The position numbers were made by a program, and so were the translations under genes. The notes under the pieces were generated by a model. It had not been told where the DNA came from. It saw only the letters and a program-made list of their open reading frames with translations, and made no database searches. A DNA stretch of 63,690 nucleotides, filler included, from Welwitschia mirabilis (Eukaryota): assembly GCA_051453625.1 (NCBI GenBank). It is 5 parts of one record of this genome, joined end to end, with 100 filler letters (N's around TTAATTAATTAA, not from the genome) between each part and the next. Parts side by side here need not be neighbours in the genome. Positions count along the whole stretch, not along the records: positions 1 to 30,332 come from JBOZIK010000001.1; positions 30,433 to 44,344 come from JBOZIK010000001.1; 3 more parts are not named here. One strand, 5' to 3'. This document shows, piece by piece, positions 27,333-39,900 of this stretch (position 1 is its first letter; every line of letters starts with the position of its first letter).

Positions 27333-27976
27333 NNNNNNNNNNNNNNNNNNNNNNNNNNNNNNNNNNNNNNNNNNNNNNNNNNNNNNNNNNNNNNNNNNNN
27401 NNNNNNNNNNNNNNNNNNNNNNNNNNNNNNNNNNNNNNNNNNNNNNNNNNNNNNNNNNNNNNNNNNNNNNNNNNNNNNNNNNNNNNNNNNNNNNNNNNNN
27501 NNNNNNNNNNNNNNNNNNNNNNNNNNNNNNNNNNNNNNNNNNNNNNNNNNNNNNNNNNNNNNNNNNNNNNNNNNNNNNNNNNNNNNNNNNNNNNNNNNNN
27601 NNNNNNNNNNNNNNNNNNNNNNNNNNNNNNNNNNNNNNNNNNNNNNNNNNNNNNNNNNNNNNNNNNNNNNNNNNNNNNNNNNNNNNNNNNNNNNNNNNNN
27701 NNNNNNNNNNNNNNNNNNNNNNNNNNNNNNNNNNNNNNNNNNNNNNNNNNNNNNNNNNNNNNNNNNNNNNNNNNNNNNNNNNNNNNNNNNNNNNNNNNNN
27801 NNNNNNNNNNNNNNNNNNNNNNNNNNNNNNNNNNNNNNNNNNNNNNNNNNNNNNNNNNNNNNNNNNNNNNNNNNNNNNNNNNNNNNNNNNNNNNNNNNNN
27901 NNNNNNNNNNNNNNNNNNNNNNNNNNNNNNNNNNNNNNNNNNNNNNNNNNNNNNNNNNNNNNNNNNNNNNNNNNNN

Positions 27977-28970
27977 TACTTATGAGGATTTTGGAGATAC
28001 AAGAAGGAAATATCAGAAATGTTCGATTTTTATCCAAATTTGATGTATTAAAGGTACTTTCTAATGCACAGAGCTTTGAAGAAGGATTAGTGACATAAAT
28101 GCTAAGTTCTCTTTAAGTAAATAATTAAAGAAGATAATTATCCCTTCCATGGTCTTTACGATAGACAAGATAATGACTACTGATGTGGACTATTGAATCA
28201 CTACTGAGTTATTATTCTAAGTCATATTTTATTAATTTTCTATCATACCTCTTATCATCTGGATGATAGTTTGGATGACACTGACATGTAACCGACTCTA
28301 ACAGCAACTCATAAACATTTCGTCCATTTTTGAATTGTAAATGAGTGTGTCTTTCTGCACCTATCATTTGTCTTTTTTTACTGTGAGTTGTTATAAATAA
28401 ACCCCTTTTCAACTCTCCTTCTCATCTTCATTGCACCGAAAATTCTCATGATAGGAGATTGAAGAGCAAGAGATCCATCTTAACTGTTGTAGAAAGATGT
28501 GTACTTAGTAGAGGGCTGTGTATCATCCATTGAGATCAGGCTACTTTATAATCAAGATTCTTGTTACTTTTTAATACAAAAACCTTATTTTATTTTGATT
28601 TCATATTTGCATCATAGATTTTCTAATGATTCTTATAGTATATGTTGCCGTAGATCTAGTGACAATTTCATGGATAATATATATTATCAAGAATAGCCTT
28701 TGTTAAGGCTGAAAGCAAGTAGTATTAATTTATTTTGCATTCATCTAGATTAGTTGCACTTTGCATTTGCATTGCATTCCTTTATTTCCCTACATTGTTA
28801 TTTATTTCTGGTTCTTATCTGATTTTGCAAAGCAATCTAAGTCTTATATCATAGTCTTTAATGTGAATATGACATTTTGGGTATACTCCAATTTACTAAA
28901 ATATCTATTTTGGTTATAAATAATAGGATCTCTTTAAATATAAAAACTTTCATAAATACACACAGCAACA
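27977..28970 (+). repeat. Athila-type 5' LTR (start lost in gap)
   Basis: Ends ...AAATACACACAGCAACA, followed by PBS TCTTGGTGCTATTCCCAGGGAAGG (28971-28994). TTATAAATA at ~28391. Confidence 0.8.
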
Positions 28971-29659
28971 TCTTGGTGCTATTCCCAGGGAAGGCTATTT
29001 AGGAGTACAAGGGTTATCATCATTCAAGTAAATATATCAGACCTATATTTGGTTATTGTCTATGAAACATTGTATTTTATTAGGAGCTGTAGGTTTTTTG
29101 TGTGCAATATTTTAGTTTCATATTTTTGGTTTCAAGTTTCTGTAAAAATTTGTGGTCATCCCCTTTGTCATCTTTATGATGGATAGGATGATAATGTGTG
29201 ATTTTTGTTTTTGATTTTATTTTTGAATTATGATTTTTTCTAAAATAAATTAGTTTTTTAATCTCTTGTGATGTCTAAATGACTAGAAGAATGACAGTCC
29301 TTTTCTCTAAGTTTTCTGATTTTTGTTTTTGATTTTGGTTCTGTTTCTATTTTTTTGGTTTCTATGTGTGTCATCCCTTCTGTCATCCCCATCATAGATA
29401 AGATGATGATCTGTTATTTTTTTTTATCTATTTTTATTATTTGCTATTTTTAGAATGCTATAATATGATCAATATTAAGAAGAAATATCAAAGAAAAAGG
29501 CTGCTAATAGAAAAAACATTAAAGAAGAATTGGTGGATAGAGAAAATGAATCAGAAAAGCAATCTCCAAGTGCACTCAATCCTCTTTCCAAATTTATTTT
29601 TCTGAGTTAGATTTTCTTAACAAAAACCTTATAGAAGGAGAGAACCAATTTACAATGTT

Positions 29660-30332
29660 GAGTGCCTCCCATAAGCAAACAGGTCATAGGATATTCTACC
29701 CCTAATGCAAACCTCACCCTTAGAAAATTATTAGCCAATAAAAAATGATAAATTCAAACACCTTTTGATCTAGCCTCACGAGATGATGTTGAGCTCAAAA
29801 ATTTACATGCCTACTCAATTTTTAGAGGAGAAAATGATTAGGACCCTCTTCAACACATTGCAGACATTGAACAACTAATCCTTACCTTGGGAAATGGGAA
29901 AAAAATCACTGATAGAATATATATGGTAATATTTCCCATGATATTAAAGGATAGAGCAAAACTTTGGCTAAAAACTATACCCCAAAAAATCTTAAAAACA
30001 TCGAATCAAGTCCAGAAAACCTTTGTAAAAATATCTATGAGTGAATAAATTATGATAAAAAGGAAAAAGGAAGTAACAAAATTTCAACAAAAACCAAATG
30101 AAAATTATGCCTCTACTTATGAATGTTTCTTCATAAAAATTCATTCAAATCCAATAGATTCTTTCTTAAAAACAAAAAAAGTAGACTATTTTTATAGTGG
30201 ATTAATTACCAATAATTGTAAATTTCTCTTGTGATGGAAACCTCATGAACCTTACTCTAGATGATGCCTAGACAAAATTAAAAGAGCTTGTGGAGGTAAG
30301 TCAAACTTGGTCAACTCCTAAAGAAAATCCAA
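29660..30332 (+). pseudogene. gag: gag N-terminal half, degenerate
   Basis: FDLASRDDVELKNLHAYSIFRGEND*DPLQHIADIEQLILTLGNG...VIFPMILKDRAKLWLKTIP, plus track ORF 30052-30234 (KKEVTKFQQKPNE). Lies downstream of the LTR, PBS and leader. Confidence 0.85.
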
Positions 30333-30432
30333 NNNNNNNNNNNNNNNNNNNNNNNNNNNNNNNNNNNNNNNNNNNNTTAATTAATTAANNNNNNNNNNNN
30401 NNNNNNNNNNNNNNNNNNNNNNNNNNNNNNNN
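30333..30432. other. Assembly spacer 44N-TTAATTAATTAA-44N (also 44345-44444, 57596-57695, 59814-59913)
   Basis: The identical 12-mer, which gives stops in all six frames, is centred in exactly 100 bp at four sites. Confidence 0.95.
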
Positions 30433-32900
30433 TAAACTCAGTTCCTATATCATTTTTAGTAGCATTAAAAACTCTAATGATAATTTGTTTATTGTTAAAA
30501 TGATATCTCATCATCCCAGATCATGTGTTAATTATGCAATGGGTAGTTGCATAAAAGGATCTTCCTAAAAGGAGTGGATATCCTCCATCATGTTCTATCT
30601 CAATTATGACATCATTAATGAGGTAAAAAGCTTTCTCAATTTGGATAACTAGGTCTTTGATAATTCCTAATGGTTTCTTAATTGAGGTATGAGATAATTC
30701 CAAGATGATCGATGTAGGTTCAACACTCTGTTTTCTAACCCAAGTCTTTTACATATGTGGAGAGGCATAATGTTTACACTTGCTCCTATGTTAATTAAAG
30801 CTTTTTGAATTCTTTTGTTCTCTTCTAAGGTACCACTTAATATTGTAGTTTTTTGTTTCTTCTTACTAAATCTTTCCATAACTTAGAATATTTATAACTT
30901 TCTTGCAATAGTTTTTAAAAGGGTAGGTTGATGTNNNNNNNNNNNNNNNNNNNNNNNNNNNNNNNNNNNNNNNNNNNNNNNNNNNNNNNNNNNNNNNNNN
31001 NNNNNNNNNNNNNNNNNNNNNNNNNNNNNNNNNNTAGAATATTTATAACTTTCTTGCAATAGTTTTTAAAAGGGTAGGTTGATGTTAACTTCTTGCATCA
31101 AAGCTTTTAGTTGTTCATCAAAGATATAATTCATATTCAATCTATTAAGCTAAGGAGTTGATGGTTTCTTTCCTTTATTATCTTATGAAGTATTTTTAAT
31201 GGAGGCTTTGTAAGTGATATTGATGGAAGGTTATATGAATCTGATATTTCTACATAATCTGCCTTATTTATTTCATTATTTTTAGAAGTTGAAACCTCAT
31301 GGGTAGGAAGTGTTGTATTCTTTCCATTTCTTGTCACTATTTTAAAATCTCTCCTAACTTCATTTGGATTGAACATTGGTTGAGATGTAAGAGACACTTG
31401 TGATCTTTGGTTGGCAAGCATTATTTGTTGAAGCACATTTACTAGGTTCTCAATATTACTATTAGTTTTTTCCTACACTTTTATCATATCTTCTATGAAT
31501 TCTCTAAGTGAATCATTTTGATTCTGTTGAAAATTAGGTTGAAAGTTGGAATTCTTGAATCTACTTTTAAATGGTTTCCATTGAGGTTGCCCACCAAATC
31601 TTTGTTGAAATTATGGCTGGCTTTTAAAGTTATATGTTCTTTGGTTGAAGACACACAATTACTTAAACATCCTTTCCTTACAAGTTGGTAACAAAGGGCA
31701 TTCTTTTATTGGATGAGAGTCATCTTCATAAATTTTACAATTTGAAGCCGAGTTTTCATTCTTTACTACCTTTGCATCAACTATCATTTGTGTATACTTC
31801 TATAAAGTAGTAATAAAATCTTTCATTAAGTTGGTTAAATCCTCTTTTTTTTTCTTTCTTGTCATGTTTCAATTCCTTTAAATCCTTTAGAATTTGACCT
31901 ACAGTGTGATTTTCTTTAGTAGGTTTATGCCAAGTTTGACTTATTTCTACCAAGTTTTCTAATGCACTCCATGTGTCATTTAGGCCTAAACTTAACAAGT
32001 TGCCTCCACAAGAAAAATATACTAGTTTCTTTGTTAAAGCATTTAATCCACTGTGAAAATAATCTATAGCTCTTTTTTACAAAATTCATCAATAGGATTG
32101 GAATGACTAACGATTATAAAATATCCATAGGCTATTGCATAATCCTCATGAGGTTGTTATTGAAAGTTTATTAATTCTTTTCTTTTCTTCCTCATGGAAC
32201 TCTCACTCAAAAATAGTTTAATAAATACTTCTTTCACTTGACTCCAAGATTTAGGACTTTTATGTGAAATAGTTTTAAGTCAAACTTTTTCTCTTCCTCT
32301 AAGTGTGACTATAAAAATAATCATATAAGTATGATTACTAATATGTTTCTTCTCATTTTCTAAGGTAATTACAAGTTGCTCAATGTCAGCTAAATGTTGA
32401 AAGGGATCTTCCTTTAATTCCCCCAAAAAAGTTAGATAAGCACTTAAATTTCTTAATTCTACATATTCTCTAGGAGGTAAATAAANNNNNNNNNNNNNNN
32501 NNNNNNNNNNNNNNNNNNNNNNNNNNNNNNNNNNNNNNNNNNNNNNNNNNNNNNNNNNNNNNNNNNNNNNNNNNNNNNNNNNNNNAATAATCATATAAGT
32601 ATAGTTATTAATATGTTTCTTTCTATTTCCTGAGGTAAGTACAAGTTGTTGAATGTTAGCCAAATGTTGAAAAGGATCTTCCTCTGATTCCCATGAAAAA
32701 GTTAGATAAGCTCTTAAATTTCTTAATTCTACATATTCTCTAGGAGGTAAATAAAAAGGATTTTAAATTTCATGTTTTCTATTTTCAATTAAATTCCTAA
32801 GAGTAATGTTTGAATTCAAAGAAAAACTTCCTATTATGATTGAATTATTAGACCAAGTAACTTGCTTTTTTTTGTGATGGCTTCGATACATTTAACATAT
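30433..32900 (-). pseudogene. gag: gag-protease remnant
   Basis: Track ORFs: YLPPREYVELRNLSAYLTFLGELKEDPFQHLADIEQL (32280-32663), KALINIGASVNIMPLHICKRLGL (30667-30879), KPLGIIKDLVIQIEK...PLLLGRSF (30521-30703). Confidence 0.88.
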
Positions 32901-34235
32901 TCGAAGAAACAATATGATCTAATTATATAATATAATTTTCTTTTACAAAATCTGATTTTAAAATAATAAAAGTAGAAAAATCATTTTCTTCAATTATAGA
33001 AATTTGATTATTTGCGGTGTACGTACCTTGATTTAGCTCAAAGTCAAATAATCCTTTTTTGATATTTTCTTTGATCAAGTTTCGTTCTCTCTAATATTTT
33101 GTATTTTTATCAAAATTCATCATGTCCCTACATGCTCAATTAAAAAATAGAAAACCAAAATAAAAAACAATAGAGCATTGTCCGCTTAGTCACAAGAACG
33201 ACAAGAAGAATGATGATTACAATAATAGAAATACAAAATTATGAAAATTTACTAATAGAGGAAAACTAGACTTTCATCCAGCCTATCGTGGGGACGACAG
33301 ATAAAATGTTATTTATACTTGTAAAAAAATAAAATTGGAAAATGAAAAATGAGGGAAAAAAATATCAGAAAAGCACTATCATCCTACTTGTTATAGGGAT
33401 GATAGAGAAGACAACAATATTTTTATTATTGAACTAAAAACAAAATAAAAATTGAAAAAATAAAAACTAATTTCAAAATCTTACAACTATCATGCTCAAT
33501 GCCATTGGGATANNNNNNNNNNNNNNNNNNNNNNNNNNNNNNNNNNNNNNNNNNNNNNNNNNNNNNNNNNNNNNNNNNNNNNNNNNNNNNNNNNNNNNNN
33601 NNNNNNNNNNNNNNNNNNNNNNNNNNNNNNNNNNNNNNNNNNNNNNNNNNNNNNNNNNNNNNNNNNNNNNNNNNNNNNNNNNNNNNNNNNNNNNNNNNNN
33701 NNNNNNNNNNNNNNNNNNNNNNNNNNNNNNNNNNNNNNNNNNNNNNNNNNNNNNNNNNNNNNNNNNNNNNNNNNNNNNNNNNNNNNNNNNNNNNNNNNNN
33801 NNNNNNNNNNNNNNNNNNNNNNNNNNNNNNNNNNNNNNNNNNNNNNNNNNNNNNNNNNNNNNNNNNNNNNNNNNNNNNNNNNNNNNNNNNNNNNNNNNNN
33901 NNNNNNNNNNNNNNNNNNNNNNNNNNNNNNNNNNNNNNNNNNNNNNNNNNNNNNNNNNNNNNNNNNNNNNNNNNNNNNNNNNNNNNNNNNNNNNNNNNNN
34001 NNNNNNNNNNNNNNNNNNNNNNNNNNNNNNNNNNNNNNNNNNNNNNNNNNNNNNNNNNNNNNNNNNNNNNNNNNNNNNNNNNNNNNNNNNNNNNNNNNNN
34101 NNNNNNNNNNNNNNNNCAAAAATCAACCTACTTTAAACTATACTATAAATACAATACTAATTCAAATAAATAATCTAAAAAAAAGATTCAAGGTAGTTAT
34201 CTAGTTAATAATAATTCTTTAGCTCCTTGCCGCCT

Positions 34236-34256
34236 TCCCCGTCAATGGCGCTAAAA
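34236..34256 (-). promoter_or_regulatory. Primer-binding site, Athila tRNA-Asp type
   Basis: The minus strand reads TTTTAGCGCCATTGACGGGGA after the LTR end. Best-preserved copy in the window. Confidence 0.85.
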
Positions 34257-35647
34257 TGTTGCAGTATGAATTTATGCACTCCTGAAGCTCTTTAGGTAAA
34301 CTTGTAAATCAAATAACTTGCCAAAAACACACACTAGTATAGAAAGGAGTTCACCCAAATGTCGTAATCCTAATAAAGGCACTTAGGCTAAGAGTTAGAG
34401 AATTGATTTCCAATATATTTTTGGTCTTTTATCTTATAAAAATTAAAGTAAATAAATAAGTAAAGGTAATGCAAGTAAATGAAAATGAAATACAGATGGA
34501 AATGAAATAAACTCTCTTGGTTCCTAATCCTTCTATCATAAGGACTGACCTCTCTATAATTTAGATCAAGTAAGAAGAGTATTTAACTAATTCTTAACCA
34601 AGATAAACTATGAGATCTACCATGTAGAATATAAAATGCATTGTGAAATGGAATGAAATGTAAAATTTCATACTAAACAATGTCAACCTTAATAAAGGTT
34701 GTCCTTATGATCTAGATAGATCACAGAGTTATCACTTTAAACTATGATCAATGTAAACCATAAGTGACATGCAGAATTGAAATCGAATAGTAATTATATT
34801 AATTCAAAAGAGTAGTTGGATTAATTCAAGAACTTTACATCCACTTACAAATAGAATAACAACACCTTAATGGAAAATACTCAGCCTAACACTAAAGAAA
34901 CTCCTTTTTATAGTGCTGAATAGAACACTTATTCTCAATCTTCTATCACAAACATATGTCATACAAAAGATGGAAACAGAAATGAAAGAAGAAAAGGGTA
35001 TTTATAGTTTTTCATTGAGTTTCTAAAAACTAAACCCCAAAAATCAAAAAGGAACCCTAACAGCTCACATGAGTCACTTGATCCCATTAAAAAGATATTT
35101 CTTTTTTATCATACAAAAATTGCTATCGTCCCGACTTTTATGGGGATGACATAGGCGATGACATAGGGAATGTCATGTTACATCAAAATATCTTTATGCC
35201 CTACTGTTAGCCCTACAAATTCTATCCATGTCAATAGTACCATCATCCTACCTATCATTAGGATGACATAGGAGACAATAGTCTTTCTTATCTCCAATCT
35301 CAAAGGTAAATTAGTCTTTTACATCATGAAGTATTCTTCCAAATATGTAGTGTCAGAATAAGCCTGAGAAACTACCAAATATGCTTAAGAATTAGATTTT
35401 TTACTNNNNNNNNNNNNNNNNNNNNNNNNNNNNNNNNNNNNNNNNNNNNNNNNNNNNNNNNNNNNNNNNNNNNNNNNNNNNNNNNNNNNNNNNNNNNNNN
35501 NNNNNCAAATATGCTTAAGAATTAGATTTTTTACTGATCATCCTGTCAGATCTCTATAATCATTAGTATTACATTAAAACTTGTGTAAATGTCTTGCAAA
35601 AACACTCAAGATACATCATCAAATTCCTATAAATTGCCATCGTAACA
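34257..35647 (-). repeat. Athila-type 5' LTR
   Basis: Minus strand TGTTACGATGGCAA...CATACTGCAACA. CTATAAATACCC near 34997-35008. Close homolog of 3024-4668. Confidence 0.9.
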
Positions 35648-36800
35648 TGTACTAAGCATACAATTCTTGTATAACAATGCTTAGGCCACTTTGATCACTT
35701 AATAGCATTTACACTTGTATCATGTGGGTTCATTATGCCATATAATACCATTTGGATTAAGAGTCTTACATGGTAATGTCTACATTACTTGTGTTACATA
35801 ATACCATCCATGACTACTATGATCTATACTTTTATATGGTAATGCATGTGTTACTTATGTTACCTAGTACCATCTGTGGATAATGCTATCTATGCTCTTG
35901 TATGAAAATGTATGAGACACTACCCTTTATACTGTTTATGATAACATATGATTTACTTGTTTCATCTAAAACCATTTGTAGATAATATCACTTGAGCACA
36001 TAAGTATTATATGATAATGTATATGATATTTATATCACTTATTACCATCTATGGGTAATATATCTATACTCTTCTACATTAATGTATCAATCACTTATGT
36101 TACCTAATATCATATGTGGATAATTTCATTTTCAGTAAGTCTTGTATGGTAATTTCTATATCACTTGTATCAACTAATACCATATAAATTAAGCATATAG
36201 GCATTAAATAGAAATGTATAAGCTGCTTATGTTAACAAATACAGGCCTTCTATGGTAATGTATAGGCAATTTGTATCACCTGATACTATCCAAACATAAC
36301 ATGTAAGTTTTGTATTATAATGTATGAGCCAACATTGAATACCATTTTCGATGAGTATTCTAGTCTTATATTGCAATGTATGACTCAATTGGACCACTTT
36401 TATCACCTAATACTATGCTATTCATGTGCTTGTATGTTAATATATGGTTCACTTATATCACCTATACAATACATAGGTAATACCATTTACAGTGAGCATA
36501 TAAGTCTTGTATGATAATGTATAGGACACTTATTTCACTTAATACCATTTATAGAAAGAATACAAGTACTATATGATAGTGTAAGGATCACTTGTATCAC
36601 TTAACACCATCTGCACTAAGTAGATAAGGCTAGTGTAATAAGGTATGGACTACTTAGAAAACTTTTGTTACTTAATATTATCTCCACTAAGCATATAGGT
36701 TTTGTATGATAAGGTATAATGTACTGATGTCACTTAATACCATTCTCATTAAGCATACATGTCTTATATGGTAATATATGAGTCATTTGTATCATCATTT
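35648..36800. repeat. Degenerate tandem array, ~62 bp unit
   Basis: Recurring CACTTGTATCACCT-AATACCAT...AAGCATATAAGTCTTGTATGATAATGTAT. AATACCAT-like anchors at 36479, 36541, 36603, 36674 and 36736. Confidence 0.8.
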
Positions 36801-36805
36801 TACTT

Positions 36806-36955
36806 TAGAAGCCTCTTCATAGTACCATGTGGAACCAAATTCTCTCTATGATTCTATGTATGCGAATACTGAATCCTCTTCATAGTACCATGTAAAATTA
36901 AATCCCTTCAATAAGTCCATGTAGAAGAATATTAAAAATTTTCTATAGTACTTTG
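36806..36955. repeat. Short second tandem repeat, ~63 bp period
   Basis: CCTCTTCATAGTACCATGT at 36812 and 36875, with a decayed third copy near 36940. Confidence 0.6.
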
Positions 36956-39900
36956 CAATATCATTCTTGCATAGCTACATTAATGGATCAAATTTACAAC
37001 TTTATAATACTCTAATTCATTATAAGTAAGAAAATGGGTTTTTGCATAAACTACATATTTACTTATTTAACACTAGTTTTTATCATTAAATCCTAAGATC
37101 TGCAAGTGAAATCTAAGTACATAAAAATATAACAAATTATGCTAAAATAGATTTTGATATATATTTAAGGCCTTATATTAACATGTTATATTCTTTAACA
37201 TGTCAATATAATTTGTACCTAAGACCTTAAATCTACATCTCATGCATCTTGAGTAAAGGAATAAAATGCAAGACAATCTCATGGAAATGAAGCTCAAAAT
37301 TTATAATTATGGATCCATCAAACTAGTGTTTAAATTGTTAGCAAAACCAAAGACTTAATAACCTCAAAAATAAAAGTTACATCGATGAGTCAGAAAGTAG
37401 TCAACAAAAAAATGATAGAAAATAAAATAATATTAGAAAAGATGTTTTGTAAATAAAGTATACCTTTAGTACTATATATACCATTAGAATACATTTAGCA
37501 CTCTATTAATATGATAACAAGATGTAAAATTCTTCTTTATGGTTAATTATATAATATTATGAAAACATGAAAGAACACTTAAATGATAAGACAAATAAAA
37601 GAGTAATGTTTCAAAAAACCTGTAATTAGATTTATTATATTGCCAAAACACAGAAGATAAAGTATAATTAAAGTCCCTTAAGTAATAACATTTTAAAAAA
37701 ATAGATGACTATTTATTATATTTAAATGCATAAGAATAACAAATTTGGTATGTAGATTAATGGGGGTAAAGGTGAGTAATATGGAAAGCCTACAAGTCCA
37801 AATCCATACATAGTAGAATGTCAAAAGTATAGAATGTAATAATTTGTTATTACTTATCTTGTTGGTATATATTTACATACATAAAACATTGCTTTATAGG
37901 ATTCATTAGGACTTTTACAAGTCCAAAAACCTTGGATGATATCATTATTTTTTGTTGAAGATAAGGTTAGTGATATTTCTAAAAATCATGACCCAAATCA
38001 TTTTAGATAAATAATTAGAAATCAATGAATTAGTTAATATATTAATAAACTTATGAGTTTATGAAATTTATAAGTTGATTTTTGTAATAGAAAGTAATAG
38101 CTCATGCGTTAATAGATATTAATGTCATATTAAATATCAAAAAATGATTTTAAATTTTGAAGATGTTTTCAACAGAATTTTTGTAAACCTTAGAAAAACA
38201 TAGGGGAAAGTCATCAAAACCAAGATGCTAAGTAGNNNNNNNNNNNNNNNNNNNNNNNNNNNNNNNNNNNNNNNNNNNNNNNNNNNNNNNNNNNNNNNNN
38301 NNNNNNNNNNNNNNNNNNNNNNNNNNNNNNNNNNNATGCTCAGGAGCTACCTATCATTTGGTCAAAGCAGTTAACCTTAGAAAAACATAATTTGCCTAAT
38401 TGAGTCAAATATACTAGTCAACCATACAACTACTAGTTATTACTTTTTTAATCACTACATCCACCTATGTTGTAGTGGACTCTTTTATAGAAAATTATAT
38501 AACTAAACTTTCTCATATCTTTATGTAACAATAATGAAAGACAACATTGAAAAGAGTGCATTGTTAGCTTTCTTCTAAAAGATTAATTATGGTAGAAATA
38601 AAATAAAACTTTTAAATCATAATGGTACAAATAAAAAGCATTTTAACAAGGATACTTTCAAGAATGACATGGAGATTCATCTTAGTAAATAAAATGACAT
38701 GTTACAAATACAACTTTTAAGCTTCTTCTTTAACTACCAAAGCTCCATATATATTTGTCTATCCTCTCTCTAAGAGGTTATTGGTATTATAAATACTTGA
38801 GATATTGTAATCATCTTTTATGTATTACTTTAATATAAAGAAACATCTTCCATTTGATTTTATTTTCCTTGTTTGTTCTTTTTACTTCCATTATATGGTT
38901 TAGAAGAGGTCTCTCCTTAACTAGAATTGAATTTGATAACTCTAAAACCTTGTATTGGGGACTATCATCTACTATGTTAATTTATTTATTATAATACTCC
39001 ATTTAGAATTATAATAATTATTTAAATGATGTAACCTTTGGATAATAACTATTTTTTAAAGAGTTATGATAATTTCATTGTGATTAAATGAGGTAAGTTT
39101 GTTGTAAAGGGCATGTGGGTGATTTGAATAAGGCATATTGAATCCTTAACAAACTGATCTAGCCCTTCAATGATTCCACATACTAGACCTTAAAGGTAGT
39201 ACTTTTCCTGGTTGATCTACTTACCAAGATCTTACATTTGACATAATGAAATTCCAAATGTCTTATTAGAATATCATGTAATGAATATTAGTATCTTATT
39301 CCTTTTAGAGAAATCTATTTCATTTTATCTAATAAAGTTTTTATTTCTTATTCAAGTGCTTTTAAAATGGTGAAATGATGTTTGTAATTACTATTAAAAA
39401 ATAATTTCTAAATAAAGAGGAATCAGAATCATCATAATTGATATCATGGAAAACACCATCCATACAAATGTGAATTTTTTTTTATTAAGTTGTAAAGAAA
39501 CTAGTACAAATAGGAAAAGAAAGAAGTGCATAAAATAGACTAAAACAGTAAAAAAATAACAAATAGGCCTTAGTAGCCTAACTTGAAAAGAAACAATCAA
39601 AGCCATACATCACTTAGAGCCATTCTTCTATGAACAAAAATCCTCAAGTAAANNNNNNNNNNNNNNNNNNNNNNNNNNNNNNNNNNNNNNNNNNNNNNNN
39701 NNNNNNNNNNNNNNNNNNNNNNNNNNNNNNNNNNNNNNNNNNNNNNNNNNNNNNNNNNNNNNNNNNNNNNNNNNNNNNNNNNNNAGACCTAATAATGATA
39801 ATAAAAAGTGTTAAAATACTTCTTGTTAACCAGAAATCATTCTAGAGAATTATTAAGGATCTACACTAAGTGGGTGATACAAGCATCCTTCTGTGCTAAT

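Larger units (their letters stand above)
30433..35647 (-). mobile_element. 5' half of an Athila-type element: LTR, PBS, leader, gag, protease
   Basis: LTR 35647-34257, PBS 34256-34236, gag ~32900-31100, protease ~30880-30440. Confidence 0.88.

Noticed and set aside
30377..30388. TTAATTAATTAA palindrome repeated four times as a possible biological site
   Set aside because: It is always centred between 44 N on each side (100 bp total) and encodes stops in all frames, so it is a synthetic scaffold spacer.
34236..34256. tRNA gene fragment
   Set aside because: Only an ~18 nt complement to a tRNA 3' end next to an LTR, which is a PBS. There is no cloverleaf.
35648..36800. CRISPR-like array
   Set aside because: The whole monomer is repeated and degenerate, with no invariant repeat and unique spacers. 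There are no cas genes and the context is eukaryotic TE DNA.
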